Shown here piece after piece: positions 1-11,000 of a stretch of DNA of 64,000 nucleotides. The notes under the pieces were generated by a model, which was not told the DNA's origin, made no database searches, and worked only from the letters and a program-made list of their open reading frames with translations. The DNA comes from an uncultured Acidimicrobiaceae bacterium (GTDB lineage: Bacteria > Actinomycetota > Acidimicrobiia > Spongiisociales > ZC4RG35): positions 6,383 through 70,382 of the forward strand of contig CAZTXD010000001.1 of assembly GCA_964617995.1 (NCBI GenBank), in the 5' to 3' direction. The position numbers and the translations under genes were made by a program. Within the stretch, counting starts at the first letter, position 1; every line of letters begins with the position of its first letter.

Positions 1-85
1 TGTTGATCCTCGGGGCCGTTCTCCTTCGACCGGCGGGACGTGGGCACCTGACCGAGGTGGTCTCCCGGTCGGTAACGTCTCGGGG

Positions 86-2812
86 GTGACCGACCTGGAA
101 CGCGACGAGGCCCTCCGCTCCGACATCCGCCGTCTGGGTAGCCAGCTGGGCGAGGCGCTGACGCGCCAGCACGGGCAGCGTCTCCTGGATCTCGTGGAGG
201 AGGTGAGGGCGCTCACCAAGCGCATCCGCAGGGAGGACGACGCCGCTGCCGGCCGCGACCTGGACGCCCTGTTGGGAGACCTCGACCTCGACGAGACCAT
301 CCAGCTCATGCGAGCGTTCACGGCCTACTTCTACCTCGCCAACGTGGCCGAGCAGGTGCACCGGGTGGAGGAGTTGGCCGGAGGCGAGCAGCAACACTCC
401 TTGTCGGCCACAGTCGACCGGATCCAGGCGACCAGTCCCGAGCCCGAGCTCGTCGCAGGGGTGCTGAGACGTCTGGAGCTGCGTCCGGTCTTCACGGCTC
501 ACCCCACTGAGGCGGCCCGCCGGTCGATCCTCACCAAGCTCCGGACCCTCGCCGACCTCATCGACGAGCGGCTCGATCCGAGAGCCACGCCCAAGGTGAG
601 AGACCGCATCGACAGACGGGTGGCGGAGCTGATCGATCAGATCTGGCAGACCGACGAGCTGCGCCTCGATCGACCCGAACCGATGGACGAGGCCCGATCG
701 ATGGTCTTCTACTTCGACCAATTGTTCACCGACGTCCTCCCCACGCTGGGCGAGGAGATATCCCTGGAGCTCGAACGGCTGGGAGCGGACCCGCCCGCCG
801 CACCCATCCGGTTCGGGACGTGGGTCGGGGGCGACCGCGACGGCAACCCGTCGGTCACTCCCGAGGTGACCCTGGCGGTGCTGGAGCTCCAGCACGACCG
901 GGGGTTGCGTGACCTGATAGCGGCAGTCGAGAAGGTCGCCGAAGAGCTGTCGACCTCCAACAGGATCCGCGAGACGACCCCCGAGCTGGCGGATTCCCTG
1001 GTAGCCGACCGCCGCCACCTCCCCGGCGTGTGGGAACGGTTCGGCAAGCTCAACGCCTCCGAGCCCTACCGTCTCAAATGCGCCTACGTCCATCAGCGCC
1101 TCATCAACACCCGAACGAGGGTGCTGGAAGCAACCCGGCATATTCCGGGAATCGACTATGCAGGACCGGCGGAGATGATGACCGACCTCGCCATCATGCG
1201 TCGCAGCCTCCTCGCCCATCAGGGAGCACTGGTGGCCGACGGTGTCCTCATGCGCCTGATGCGCAACCTGGCCGTGTTCGGGTTCCACATCGCCACCATG
1301 GACGTCCGTGAGCACTCCCGCCGCCACGCCGACGCCGTCGGCCGGCTCTTCTCTCGTCTCGATGTCGACTACGACGCCCTCGACGGGAAAGGTCGTCTCC
1401 GGCTCCTCTCCTCCGAGCTCGAGAGTCTCAGGCCCCTGTCTTCCCCCACCACCGCCCTGGAGGAGAACGCCGCTCGCACCGTGGATACCTTCCGGGCGAT
1501 CCGCACTGCTCAGGACCGATACGGCGAGGCGGTCATCGAGTCGTACGTCATCTCGATGACCGAAGGGGCCGACGACGTGCTCGAAGCCGTGGTCCTGGCC
1601 CGGGAGGTGGGCCTCGTCGACCTCGATCAGGCTGTCGCCCGGATCGGCTTCGTTCCGCTCGTGGAGACGATCACCGACCTACGCAACGCCGGCGAGCTCC
1701 TGGATCAGCTCCTGTCGGAGCCTGCGTACCGCCGGATCGTGGAACTGCGAGGGGGCGTGCAGGAGGTGATGCTCGGATACTCGGACTCCAACAAGGTGGG
1801 TGGTATCACCACCTCCCAATGGGAGATCTACAAGGCTCAGAGGACGCTGCGCAACGTCGCCTCCGATCACGACGTCCGGCTTCGCCTCTTTCACGGTCGG
1901 GGAGGCACCATCGGCCGGGGCGGAGGACCGACCCACGAGGCGATCCTCGCCCAGCCGTTCGGAACGGTCGACGGTCCCCTCAAGGTCACCGAGCAGGGTG
2001 AGGTGGTGTCGGACAAGTACGGCCTGCCCCGACTCGCCGCCCGCAACCTCGAGCTGGCGCTGGCTTCGGTCCTGGAGGCTTCTCTCATGCACCGCGTGTC
2101 ACGTCAGCCCAAGCACGTCCTGGATCGTTGGACCGAAGCGATGGAGGCGTTCTCCCAAGCCTCATATGACACCTACCGAGATCTGGTGCAGGACCCGTCG
2201 CTTGTGCCCTACTTCCTGGCTTCGACCCCGGTGGAGGAACTCGGGGAGATGAATATCGGCTCCCGCCCGTCGCGGCGTCCCGGTGGAGGCGGGTCCCTCG
2301 ACGATCTGCGCGCCATTCCGTGGGTGTTCGGCTGGACGCAGTCCCGACAGATCATCCCCGGCTGGTTCGGGGTCGGGGCCGGTTTGGCGGCCGCCAGGGA
2401 AGCCGGATACGGGGAGGTTCTCGACGGCATGCACCGTCAATGGCTGTTCTTGCGGACCTTCCTCTCCAACGTCGAGATGACCCTGTTCAAGACGGACCTG
2501 GAGATCTCCCGGCGATACGTGGAGACCCTGGTGGAACCCGAGAACCGCCACATCCACGACCGTATCAGGGACGAGTACGACAGGACGGTGTCGGAGGTCC
2601 TGAGGCTGACCGGCCAGGACGACCTGCTGTCGACCAACCCTCAGCTCGGCCGCACCCTGCGGGTGAGGGACGCCTACCTCGACCCGATCAACCACCTCCA
2701 GGCTTCCCTGCTGGCCAGGGCCCGAGCCACCGACGAGCCCGATCCTCAACTCCAGCGGGCGCTGCTGCTCACCGTCAACGGCATCGCCGCCGGCATGCGC
2801 AACACGGGATGA
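86..2812 (+). CDS. ppc: Phosphoenolpyruvate carboxylase
   Basis: 908 aa. Carries the PEPC signatures VFTAHPTE, GYSDSNK and FHGRGGTIGRGGGP. Its TGA stop overlaps the ATG of the next gene (ATGA). Confidence 0.9.
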   Translation: MTDLERDEALRSDIRRLGSQLGEALTRQHGQRLLDLVEEVRALTKRIRREDDAAAGRDLDALLGDLDLDETIQLMRAFTAYFYLANVAEQVHRVEELAGGEQQHSLSATVDRIQATSPEPELVAGVLRRLELRPVFTAHPTEAARRSILTKLRTLADLIDERLDPRATPKVRDRIDRRVAELIDQIWQTDELRLDRPEPMDEARSMVFYFDQLFTDVLPTLGEEISLELERLGADPPAAPIRFGTWVGGDRDGNPSVTPEVTLAVLELQHDRGLRDLIAAVEKVAEELSTSNRIRETTPELADSLVADRRHLPGVWERFGKLNASEPYRLKCAYVHQRLINTRTRVLEATRHIPGIDYAGPAEMMTDLAIMRRSLLAHQGALVADGVLMRLMRNLAVFGFHIATMDVREHSRRHADAVGRLFSRLDVDYDALDGKGRLRLLSSELESLRPLSSPTTALEENAARTVDTFRAIRTAQDRYGEAVIESYVISMTEGADDVLEAVVLAREVGLVDLDQAVARIGFVPLVETITDLRNAGELLDQLLSEPAYRRIVELRGGVQEVMLGYSDSNKVGGITTSQWEIYKAQRTLRNVASDHDVRLRLFHGRGGTIGRGGGPTHEAILAQPFGTVDGPLKVTEQGEVVSDKYGLPRLAARNLELALASVLEASLMHRVSRQPKHVLDRWTEAMEAFSQASYDTYRDLVQDPSLVPYFLASTPVEELGEMNIGSRPSRRPGGGGSLDDLRAIPWVFGWTQSRQIIPGWFGVGAGLAAAREAGYGEVLDGMHRQWLFLRTFLSNVEMTLFKTDLEISRRYVETLVEPENRHIHDRIRDEYDRTVSEVLRLTGQDDLLSTNPQLGRTLRVRDAYLDPINHLQASLLARARATDEPDPQLQRALLLTVNGIAAGMRNTG

Positions 2813-3078
2813 GCGAGACATTCGACCGGGCAGTCATGACGGTGCTCATGACCCTCGAGCCCGGTGAGGTGGTGTCCTACGGGGAGGTGGCGGAACAGGC
2901 CGGCCACCCCGGCGCCGCCCGGGCGGTCGGGAGGTTCCTGAGATCGACATCCGCCGACGTGCCGTGGTGGCGGGTCGTGGCCGCCGACGGCACGCTGCGG
3001 GCACCCGACGCTCTCCGCCAGGCCGCTCTGCTGGAGGCGGAGGGGGTGACCGTGAGGAACCGTCGTGTCGGCCGATAG
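2809..3078 (+). CDS. Alkyltransferase-like (ATL) protein, MGMT-family DNA-binding domain with Trp replacing the active-site Cys
   Basis: 89 aa (MSETFDRAV...). Has the MGMT C-terminal DNA-binding fold motif, but PWWRVV replaces the canonical PCHRVV, as in ATL proteins. The ATG at 2809 overlaps the ppc stop. Confidence 0.65.
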   Translation: MSETFDRAVMTVLMTLEPGEVVSYGEVAEQAGHPGAARAVGRFLRSTSADVPWWRVVAADGTLRAPDALRQAALLEAEGVTVRNRRVGR

Positions 3079-3123
3079 GCTGGCGACGGTGACCCACCCA
3101 TTCCCCGCCGGGCGGGCCGGCCC

Positions 3124-4413
3124 GTGAACGCCGTCGATCTCATCGAACGCAAACGCGACGGCGGACACCTCACCGACGAGGAGATCGCCTGGCTCATCGG
3201 CGGATACACGGAGGGTTCGGTACCCGACTATCAGATGGCGGCGATGACGATGGCGGTCTTCATCCGGGGCCTCGACCCCGACGAGTTGGCCGCCTGGACG
3301 GCGGCCATGCTCCACTCAGGAGAGGTGCTGGACCTGTCGGATGTCGCCATGCCCAAGGTCGACAAGCACTCGACCGGCGGGGTGGGGGACAAGGTCTCCG
3401 TTCCCCTGGCCCCGATCGTCGCGGCCTGCGGGGTGGCGGTCCCGATGATGTCGGGTCGCGGCCTGGGCCACACCGGGGGCACCCTCGACAAGCTGGAGTC
3501 CATTCCCGGCTTCACCACCCGGCTCGACACGGTCCGCTTCCACGCCGTTCTCGACCGATGCGGCTTCGTGATGGCCGGACAGACCCCGGCCCTGGTCCCC
3601 GCCGACAGGAAGCTGTACGGACTGCGGGACGCCACCGGAACCGTCCCTTCGATCCCCCTCATCTCGTCGTCGATCATGTCGAAGAAGCTGGCCGAGGATC
3701 TCGACGGGCTGGTGCTCGACGTGAAGGTCGGCTCGGGCGCCTTCATGACCGAGATCGAACGTTCCCGGGAGCTGGCTCGGACCATGATCGGCATCGGAAC
3801 GTCCCACCGAGTCGAAGTGAGAGCCCTGATCACCGACATGAGCCAGCCCCTCGGCAGGATGGTCGGCAACTCCAACGAGATCGCCGAGTCCATCGAGATC
3901 CTGCGGGGAGGGGGACCCGACGATCTCCGGGAGATCACCACCTCGTTGGCGGCGGAGATGCTCGACCTGGCAGGAATCGCCGACGGCCAGCGGCGGGTTG
4001 TCGACGCGATCGACGGCGGCCAGGCTCTGGAGAGGTTCGCCATCATGGTCGAGTCCCAGGGTGGAGACCCCCGCATCGTCGAGGATCAGAGGCTGCTCCC
4101 GGGCGCGCCGGAGTCGACCGTCATATCGGCCCCTCGCAGCGGGCGGGTGCGGCGCTGCGACGCCCGTGCCGTCGGCATGGCCGCCATGCGCCTGGGGGCA
4201 GGACGCCTCCGACAGGAAGACGACGTCGATCACGGGGTGGGGATAGAGGTTCGTGCCAGAGTGGGCGACGAGGTAGCGGCGGGTGATCCTCTGGCTGCCC
4301 TCATACACCGCCCGGGAGACATCTCCGAGGCGATCCGCCTGGCGGAGTCGGCCTGGGAAATCTCCGACGATGCCGTCCCGTCTCCACCGCTCATCCACGA
4401 ACGACTCACCTGA
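3124..4413 (+). CDS. deoA: Thymidine/pyrimidine-nucleoside phosphorylase
   Basis: 429 aa. The motif KHSTGGVGDKVS and the overall architecture match thymidine phosphorylase. GTG start. Confidence 0.85.
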   Translation: MNAVDLIERKRDGGHLTDEEIAWLIGGYTEGSVPDYQMAAMTMAVFIRGLDPDELAAWTAAMLHSGEVLDLSDVAMPKVDKHSTGGVGDKVSVPLAPIVAACGVAVPMMSGRGLGHTGGTLDKLESIPGFTTRLDTVRFHAVLDRCGFVMAGQTPALVPADRKLYGLRDATGTVPSIPLISSSIMSKKLAEDLDGLVLDVKVGSGAFMTEIERSRELARTMIGIGTSHRVEVRALITDMSQPLGRMVGNSNEIAESIEILRGGGPDDLREITTSLAAEMLDLAGIADGQRRVVDAIDGGQALERFAIMVESQGGDPRIVEDQRLLPGAPESTVISAPRSGRVRRCDARAVGMAAMRLGAGRLRQEDDVDHGVGIEVRARVGDEVAAGDPLAALIHRPGDISEAIRLAESAWEISDDAVPSPPLIHERLT

Positions 4414-4497
4414 GGCCCCGACGGTGTTGCCGGCTTCGGGACACGCATGGGTCAGGGGTAGCATCCGCCCGTCCCGATTCCGAAGGAGGATCCCCGT

Positions 4498-5256
4498 ATG
4501 CAGGTGGTCGTCTGCGCCAAGCAGATCCCCGACCCCGCCGGCACCTACAGCCTCGATCCAGACAGCCACCTTCTGGTGCGACCCGCCGAGCAGGTGCTCG
4601 ACGACACCGACCGTTACGGAGTGGAGATGGGCCTCCAGATCGCCCAAGAGCACGACGGCAGCGTGACACTGGTGACGATGGGACCGGCGGGATCGCTGCA
4701 AGGCATACGCCAGGCGCTGGCCATGGGAGCGGACCGGGCCGTCGTCGTCGACGACGACTCACTGAAGGGCGCCGACGCCCTCACCACCGCCCGGATACTC
4801 GCCTCGGTGATATCCCGCCTGGACTACGACCTCGTCATCGCCGGGACCGAGTCGACCGACGGCTACGCCGGGGTGATCCCCCAGATGATCGCCGAGCTCC
4901 TGGACGCTCCGGCTCTCACCTACGCCACCCGGGTCGACGCCGGTGACGGCAAGGTCAGGATTCACCGGCAGACCGCCGCCGGATACGACGTGGTGGAATC
5001 TCCGTTGCCGGCCGTGATCTCCGTCACCGCCGGGGTCGTCGAGCCGCGTTACCCGACCTTCAAGGGGATCATGGACGCCAAGAAGAAGGACGTCGAATCC
5101 CTCACCGTCGCCGACCTCGACGTCGACATCTCCTTCGTTCAGCGTGTGACCGCAGTCGAGCCCGCTCCCGAGCGTCAGGCGGGCGCGAAGATCGAGGACG
5201 AGGGTGAGGCCCACCTGCGAATCGTCGAGCTGCTCGAAGGGAAGAAGGTGATCTGA
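4498..5256 (+). CDS. etfB: Electron transfer flavoprotein beta subunit
   Basis: 252 aa. MQVVVCAKQIPDP... is a typical EtfB/FixA N-terminus. A GAAGGAGG ribosome-binding site lies upstream. Confidence 0.85.
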   Translation: MQVVVCAKQIPDPAGTYSLDPDSHLLVRPAEQVLDDTDRYGVEMGLQIAQEHDGSVTLVTMGPAGSLQGIRQALAMGADRAVVVDDDSLKGADALTTARILASVISRLDYDLVIAGTESTDGYAGVIPQMIAELLDAPALTYATRVDAGDGKVRIHRQTAAGYDVVESPLPAVISVTAGVVEPRYPTFKGIMDAKKKDVESLTVADLDVDISFVQRVTAVEPAPERQAGAKIEDEGEAHLRIVELLEGKKVI

Positions 5257-5257
5257 C

Positions 5258-6208
5258 ATGGCAGACGTGTGGGTATTCGTCGAGGAGGAAGGCGGGGGGC
5301 CGTCGACCATCGGGCTGGAGCTTTTGACGAAGGCCAGGGAGCTCGGGAACGTGACTGCCGTCTACGTGGGTGCCGGCTCCGAGGACGCTTTCGCCACCGT
5401 GGCCAGCCACGGGGCCTCGGTCATTCTCCACGCCGACCCCGGCGAGGCTCTGCCATCGGGGCCGGTGGCGGCGGCCATCGCCGAGCGCGTTTCCCCCCGG
5501 GCACCCGACTTGATCCTGTTCGGCCAGGCATACACCGACCGCGACGTGGCCGGCCGGCTGGCGGCCAGATTGGGGACATCGGTGCTCTCGAACGCCTCCG
5601 ATGTGTCCCTCACCGACGCGGCGGTGACGACCACACACGAGATCTTCGGTGGCACCCAGCTCGCCACCGCCGAGGTCGCCGATGGTCGTCCCTTCATCGT
5701 CATCGTCCGGCCGAAGTCGTTCCCCGCGGAGCCCGGCGGGGCCACCACGCCGCAAGTGGAGCCCCTCGAGCTGGGAGACCCGGCGGCCTCCACCGCCACC
5801 GTCATCGAAAGCCACACCGAGGAGAGAGAGGGTCCCCAGCTCGCAGATGCTTCCGTGATCGTCTCCGGCGGCCGCGGACTGGGCTCTCCGGAGGCCTACG
5901 AGCTCGTGGAGAGACTGGCCAAGCCGCTCCGGGCCGCCACCGGGGCCACCCGGGCGATCGTGGACGCCGGATGGGTTCCGTACGCCAAGCAGGTGGGCCA
6001 GACCGGCAAGACGGTCAAGCCCGACGTCTACATAGCCGCCGGCATCTCCGGAGCCATGCAGCATCTGGTGGGCATGAAGGACTCCAAGACCATCATCGCC
6101 ATCAACAAGGACCCCGACGCCCCGATCTTCTCTGTCGCGGATCTGGGAGTGGTGGGCGACGTCCACCAGGTCCTTCCCCGGCTCATCGAGGCGCTGGAGA
6201 GCCGATAG
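5258..6208 (+). CDS. etfA: Electron transfer flavoprotein alpha subunit
   Basis: 316 aa. Starts 2 nt after etfB. Carries the EtfA FAD-binding C-terminal domain ([34 protein letters not shown]). Confidence 0.85.
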   Translation: MADVWVFVEEEGGGPSTIGLELLTKARELGNVTAVYVGAGSEDAFATVASHGASVILHADPGEALPSGPVAAAIAERVSPRAPDLILFGQAYTDRDVAGRLAARLGTSVLSNASDVSLTDAAVTTTHEIFGGTQLATAEVADGRPFIVIVRPKSFPAEPGGATTPQVEPLELGDPAASTATVIESHTEEREGPQLADASVIVSGGRGLGSPEAYELVERLAKPLRAATGATRAIVDAGWVPYAKQVGQTGKTVKPDVYIAAGISGAMQHLVGMKDSKTIIAINKDPDAPIFSVADLGVVGDVHQVLPRLIEALESR

Positions 6209-6216
6209 GGGGGTCC

Positions 6217-6636
6217 ATGGCGGGCTACAGCACGACCCCGCTGGCGAAGAAGCTGGGTATCGGCCCGGGTACGTCCTTCTGGACGGTGGATGCTCCAGTG
6301 GGCTTCCACGAACTACTGGCCCCGCTGCCGGCTGCCGCCGTGGAGTTGGATGACGACGACCGAGGCGCCGATGTGGTCGTGGTATTCGCCACCACCCGAA
6401 CCGCTGTCGAGAGAGGATTCCACGCTGCCATGTCACGGATCCCTCCGGAGGGGGCGATCTGGGTCGCATGGCCGAAGAGATCCTCCGGCGTTCACACCGA
6501 CCTGTCGGAGGATCTCATGCGGGAGCTGTTCCTCCCGACCGGGATGGTCGACAACAAGGTGGCGGCGATCGACGACACCTGGTCGGGCCTTCGATTCGTC
6601 GTCCGCAGGGAGAACCGCCCCACCTGGCCGCAGTGA
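6217..6636 (+). CDS. DUF3052-family protein
   Basis: 139 aa. The N-terminus [18 protein letters not shown] resembles the mycobacterial DUF3052 family. It is the in-frame tail of a longer shadow ORF; the ATG at 6217 was chosen. Confidence 0.5.
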   Translation: MAGYSTTPLAKKLGIGPGTSFWTVDAPVGFHELLAPLPAAAVELDDDDRGADVVVVFATTRTAVERGFHAAMSRIPPEGAIWVAWPKRSSGVHTDLSEDLMRELFLPTGMVDNKVAAIDDTWSGLRFVVRRENRPTWPQ

Positions 6637-6648
6637 CGGCAAGTACCC

Positions 6649-7041
6649 TCAGAGCGTGAAGGGGTGCGGTAGCAGCTCCTCGAGGGTGTGGGTGCGGACC
6701 TTCGACCCCGATCCGGCGGTCACGTGGATCTCGTCGACCCCGAATTCGGACATGATCTGACGGCAGCGGCCGCACGGGTAGGCGGCCGACAGCCCGGGAG
6801 CGTCGATGCAGGCCACCGCCACGGCGTCGACCTTGCGGACTCCCTGGGAGACGGCATGGGCGATGGCTGTCGCCTCCGCGCAGTTGGAGGATGGATAGGC
6901 GGCGTTCTCCACGTTGGCGCCGGTGTAGGTGAGACCGTCGGAGGAGAGCACGGCCGCACCCACGCGGAACTTCGAGTAGGGCGCATAGGCATTGGCAGCG
7001 GCCTCCCGGGCGAGGGCGACGAGGTCGTTTCGATCACGCAT
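6649..7041 (-). CDS. cdd: Cytidine deaminase
   Basis: 130 aa from an internal ATG (MRDRNDL...). Zinc-binding motifs CAEATAI and PCGRCRQ are present. The start overlaps the ftsY stop by 8 nt. Confidence 0.8.
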   Translation of the reverse strand: MRDRNDLVALAREAAANAYAPYSKFRVGAAVLSSDGLTYTGANVENAAYPSSNCAEATAIAHAVSQGVRKVDAVAVACIDAPGLSAAYPCGRCRQIMSEFGVDEIHVTAGSGSKVRTHTLEELLPHPFTL

Positions 7042-8059
7042 CTGACAGCAGCGCGTCGACGAACTCGACCGGGTCGAACTCCACCAGGTCGTCGACGCCT
7101 TCGCCAACGCCTGCGAACTTGACGGGGACTCCGAGGGTGCGCTCTATCGCCACGACGATCCCACCGCGGGCGGTCCCGTCGAGCTTGGTCAGGACGATCC
7201 CCGTGACGTCGACCGCCTTCGAGAATTCCTCGGCCTGGGCGAGACCGTTCTGACCACCGGTGGCGTCCAGGACCAACAACACCTCGTCGATCCCTCCCGC
7301 CTCCCGCTCCAGCACCCGCCTGATCTTGGTGAGCTCGGCCATCAGATTGTGCTTGGCCTGGAGTCGACCGGCAGTGTCGACGATCACCGCATCCCGGCCG
7401 CGCGCACGGGCAGCCGTGTAGCCGTCGAACGCAACCGAAGCAGGGTCGGAGCCCTCCTGGCCTCCCACCACATCCACATCCAGACGGTCGCCCCAGGCCC
7501 GTAACTGGGCATCGGCTGCAGCCCGAAAGGTGTCGGCGGCGCCGAGGAGCGGGACCCGGCCGTCTTCCTGGAGCCGCTTCGCCAGCTTGGCGATGGTCGT
7601 GGTCTTGCCGGTGCCGTTGACTCCCACCACCAGGATCAATGCCGGCTTTCTCTCCCCGAGAGCCAGCTCCCGATAGCGGCCCGCCAGCTCCGATATCAAC
7701 TGGGCCCGCAGCCCGGCCCGTGCCTCCACCGTGGTGGCGGGTCTCTCCTGTCTCACCCGGGCTACCACCTCAGCGGCGGCCAGGTGGCCCAAGTCGGCCC
7801 CGATCAGAGCCTCCTCCATCGACTCCCAGAAGGCCGCGTCCATCTCGCGTCGTGAGAAAACGCCTCGCAGGGCCCCGCCGAGAGACTGTGACGCCCTCGT
7901 CACATGACCGGCCAGACCCGCCGGGGTGGACTCGGCCTCGGCAGGAGCCGGGACCGTTGCAGCGGGATCGTTCCGACGACGAACGGCCATCCCGACCGCC
8001 GACGCCACGACCAGGAGGATCAGCCCGGCTGAGACAACAAGGAGGATGAGGGGATCCAC
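7034..8059 (-). CDS. ftsY: Signal recognition particle receptor FtsY
   Basis: 341 aa. Has an N-terminal hydrophobic anchor and an SRP GTPase domain (GVNGTGKTTT, DTAGR). Confidence 0.9.
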   Translation of the reverse strand: MDPLILLVVSAGLILLVVASAVGMAVRRRNDPAATVPAPAEAESTPAGLAGHVTRASQSLGGALRGVFSRREMDAAFWESMEEALIGADLGHLAAAEVVARVRQERPATTVEARAGLRAQLISELAGRYRELALGERKPALILVVGVNGTGKTTTIAKLAKRLQEDGRVPLLGAADTFRAAADAQLRAWGDRLDVDVVGGQEGSDPASVAFDGYTAARARGRDAVIVDTAGRLQAKHNLMAELTKIRRVLEREAGGIDEVLLVLDATGGQNGLAQAEEFSKAVDVTGIVLTKLDGTARGGIVVAIERTLGVPVKFAGVGEGVDDLVEFDPVEFVDALLSDA

Positions 8060-8069
8060 GTCCAGGATT

Positions 8070-11000
8070 CTACGCCGACACCGCCCCCCGGCCAGTCCGT
8101 TGGATGGTGTCTTCCACCGCCACTACCTCCTTGCGCACCACCTGAGACGAACCACCCGGCTCCATCGTCACTCCGTAGAGGACGTCGGCTGCCTCCATCG
8201 TCTGCTGTTGGTGGGTCACGATCACGAGCTGGGCGTCGGCACGGAACGCGTCCATCAGTCGGAGGAATCGTCGCAGGTTGGCATCGTCCAGTGCGGCTTC
8301 CACCTCGTCGAGGAGATAGAACGGGCTGGGTCGTGCCTTGAACACGGCGAACAGGAACGCCAACGCAGCCAGCGACCTCTCACCACCCGAGAGCAGGCTC
8401 AGGTCACTCACCTTCTTCCCGAGAGGCTGGGCCTGGATCTCCACTCCGGTCTCGAGCGGATCCGAGGGATCGCTGAGGCGCAAACGTCCGGCTCCGCCCG
8501 GAAAGAGAACCGAGAAATGCTGTTCGTAGGCAGCGGCCACCTCCTCGAATGCCGCCAGGAACCGAGTCTGGATCTCCTCGTCGAGGGCACTCACGACCCG
8601 GCGCAGCTCCTGGCGGGACGTCTCCAGGTCGGCGAGCTGGTCGGTCAGGAACGTGTGCCTCTCGGCCAGCTCGGCGTACTCGTGGGCCGCGAGCGGGTTC
8701 ACCGGGCCCATGCGTCGGAACCTGGCAGTCATGTCGTCCAGCACGGCTTCGAGGTCGTCGTCGTCTTCGACGTCGGGAGCGGGAGCGGCGAGTGCGGTGT
8801 GCTCGTCGCTGTCGGCGTCCCGGCGCAGCGCCTCGGCGACGCCCTCGCGCCGGACCCGAATCTCGGTGGCCTCCACCTCCAGTTCCCCCAGTCGCTTCCG
8901 GGCCTGCTCCAGACGGGCTCGGGAGGCGTCATGCCTGGTCCTCACACCGTCGCGCTGCGACCCCGTGGCTGCGGCCCTCCGCCGCCACTCTGCCTGACGA
9001 TCCCGCAGCTCTCCCAGACGTCGGGAGAGGACATCGCCGGCACGACGGCCCAACTCCTCGATCAACGCCAAGCGCTCCAGCTCGGCGTCGCTCACGGGAG
9101 CCGCCATATCGCCCTCCAGCGAGGTGGCGACGTCCCGGCGTCTCCGCTCGGTGATCTGGAGCCGCTCCCGGGCGGCGCGTAGCTCCGCCGTCGCCTGCTG
9201 CCATGCCTCCCGGGCCCCCTCGCGCTCGGCCTCCAGAGCTGCCCGACGCTCCTCCATCTCATCCCATGCCCGCTGCCGCTCGGCTTCCTCACCCTCGAGG
9301 GCCGTGAGACGAGCCCGCAGCCGATGCAGGGTCACGCGACGATCATCGGAGATTTCTCGCAGAGACCGACGTCGTTCGGCCAGTCGCTGCAGCTCGTCTT
9401 CCAGGTTGGCCCGGCCGCGGGTCAACCGCCCCAGGGCCTCGGATGCGCCCGACAGCCGCGCTTCGACGGCCTCCAACTCCTCGAGAGCCTCCCGTTCCCG
9501 CTGGCGGCTGTGCTCGAAGTCCCTCCGTGCCGACGTGTGCAGCGAGGTGACGCGAGCCAGCTCCGTCTCAGCCTCCTCCAGTGCCCGCCCGGCCGCATCG
9601 ACCATCGTCGGCCCGGCTCCGTCCGGTTGCCCGACTCTCACACCGCTCACGGTCACCAGATCGCCTTCCGGCGTCACCACGCGCAGATGGGGGTGGCGGG
9701 CCGCGATTCGCAGCGCCATCGACCAGCCCTCCACGGCCAGGACATCACCGATCAGGCTCTCCATCAACTCTGCATCGTGGGCGGCTCCCACCAGATCCAC
9801 CAGCGCATCCACGCCCAACTCCGCCGCCGCATCACGGGCCGTTGTCGCCCGCTCACCGGAAGCCGTCACCGCTCCCAGACCCCCGAATCCCCCCGACTTG
9901 AGGAGGCCAACGGCACGCTCGAGGGATTCGTGATCGTCGAAGACGGCCGACCCGGCCCACGGTCCGAGGGCTGCATCCACCGCCGCCACCCACCGGGACG
10001 GAATGTCCATGAGACTCGTGAGCGTCCCCCGGTGGCCGGACGTGGCGGCGAGGGTCTCACGCGCCCGGGGGTCGACCGAACCCGCCGCCGACACGGCGTC
10101 GAGACGGGCCCGGCTCGAGGCAGAAGCCAGACGTGCTTCACCCAGGGCGTCTTCCATGGCTTCCCAGCGCTCCTGGCGGGATCTCCGCTCCGCGAGGGCT
10201 CGCTCGTAGGCGGCCTGACCGACCGTCGCCTGCTCGTCGAGACGGTGGATCTCGTCCTTGACACGCCCGGTCTCCTCCTCGTCGTCTCGGAGCTGGGCCT
10301 CGACGACAGCCATCCTCCTGTCGATTTGCTCCAGCTCACGGCTGTCGCGTCCCTCCGCCCCTTCGATGGAGCGCACCTCGCCGCGCAGCACCGCCAGCGC
10401 CCCCTCGGGGCTCAGGTTGCCCTGATCGAAGAGGGATCGTGCCTCGTCCTCGAGGGAACGAAAACGTTGCTCCCGACGGTGGGCGGCCGCCTCGGCCTCT
10501 GCGACCTCGGCGCCCACTTCGACCACCTGTCGATCCAGCAGCGTCAGCTCCTCGTCGAGGTCCCGTCGTCTCTCGTCGGCGCCCTCCCGACGTGCCTGCG
10601 CCGCCCGGTACCGTTCGTGGGCCACCGAGGAACTGCGCCGGATCCGCTCGAGCGTTGTCTCCAGACGGGCAGCAGCCGCCGTATCCCGGTCCAGCGCCTC
10701 GCCCACGTGGCCGGCCTCCGCCGTCAGGATGTGCAGAGCCGAGGCGAGCTCGCCCACCTCGGCCTCACCGTCGTTGATCCATCCCGTCAGGCGATCATGC
10801 TCAGCCGAGATGGCGGCCGATCGCTCGTCCAGCCGTCGAAGGCGTTGACCTCCCAAATAGAGTCGCAGCTCCTGGATCCTGGTTTCCAGCTCGGCTGCCT
10901 GCTCGGCGGCGTTCGCCTGGCGCTTCAACGGTCGCATCTGCCGGGTGATCTCGCCGGCGATGTCCTGGAGTCTCAGGACATCGGCGTCGGTTCGCTCCAG

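Noticed and set aside
2320-3078. 252-aa ORF as the full MGMT-like gene.
   Set aside because: The upstream 160 codons lie inside ppc in another frame and are low-complexity. The real gene starts at the ATG at 2809, which overlaps the ppc stop.
3316-4701. Long antisense and alternative-frame ORFs throughout the window. Examples: 3316-4701(-), 5102-6469(-), 5269-6636(+), 9324-11408(+), 12410-13774(-), 16357-18072(-), 23915-25057(-), 24910-26145(+), 28955-30112(+), 34974-36242(+), 41925-43280(+), 47582-48535(+), 53202-54707(-), 57863-59035(+), 59488-60480(+).
   Set aside because: They overlap well-supported genes on the opposite strand or in another frame. They have Arg/Pro/Gly-rich low-complexity translations typical of GC-rich shadow ORFs, and show no recognisable domains.
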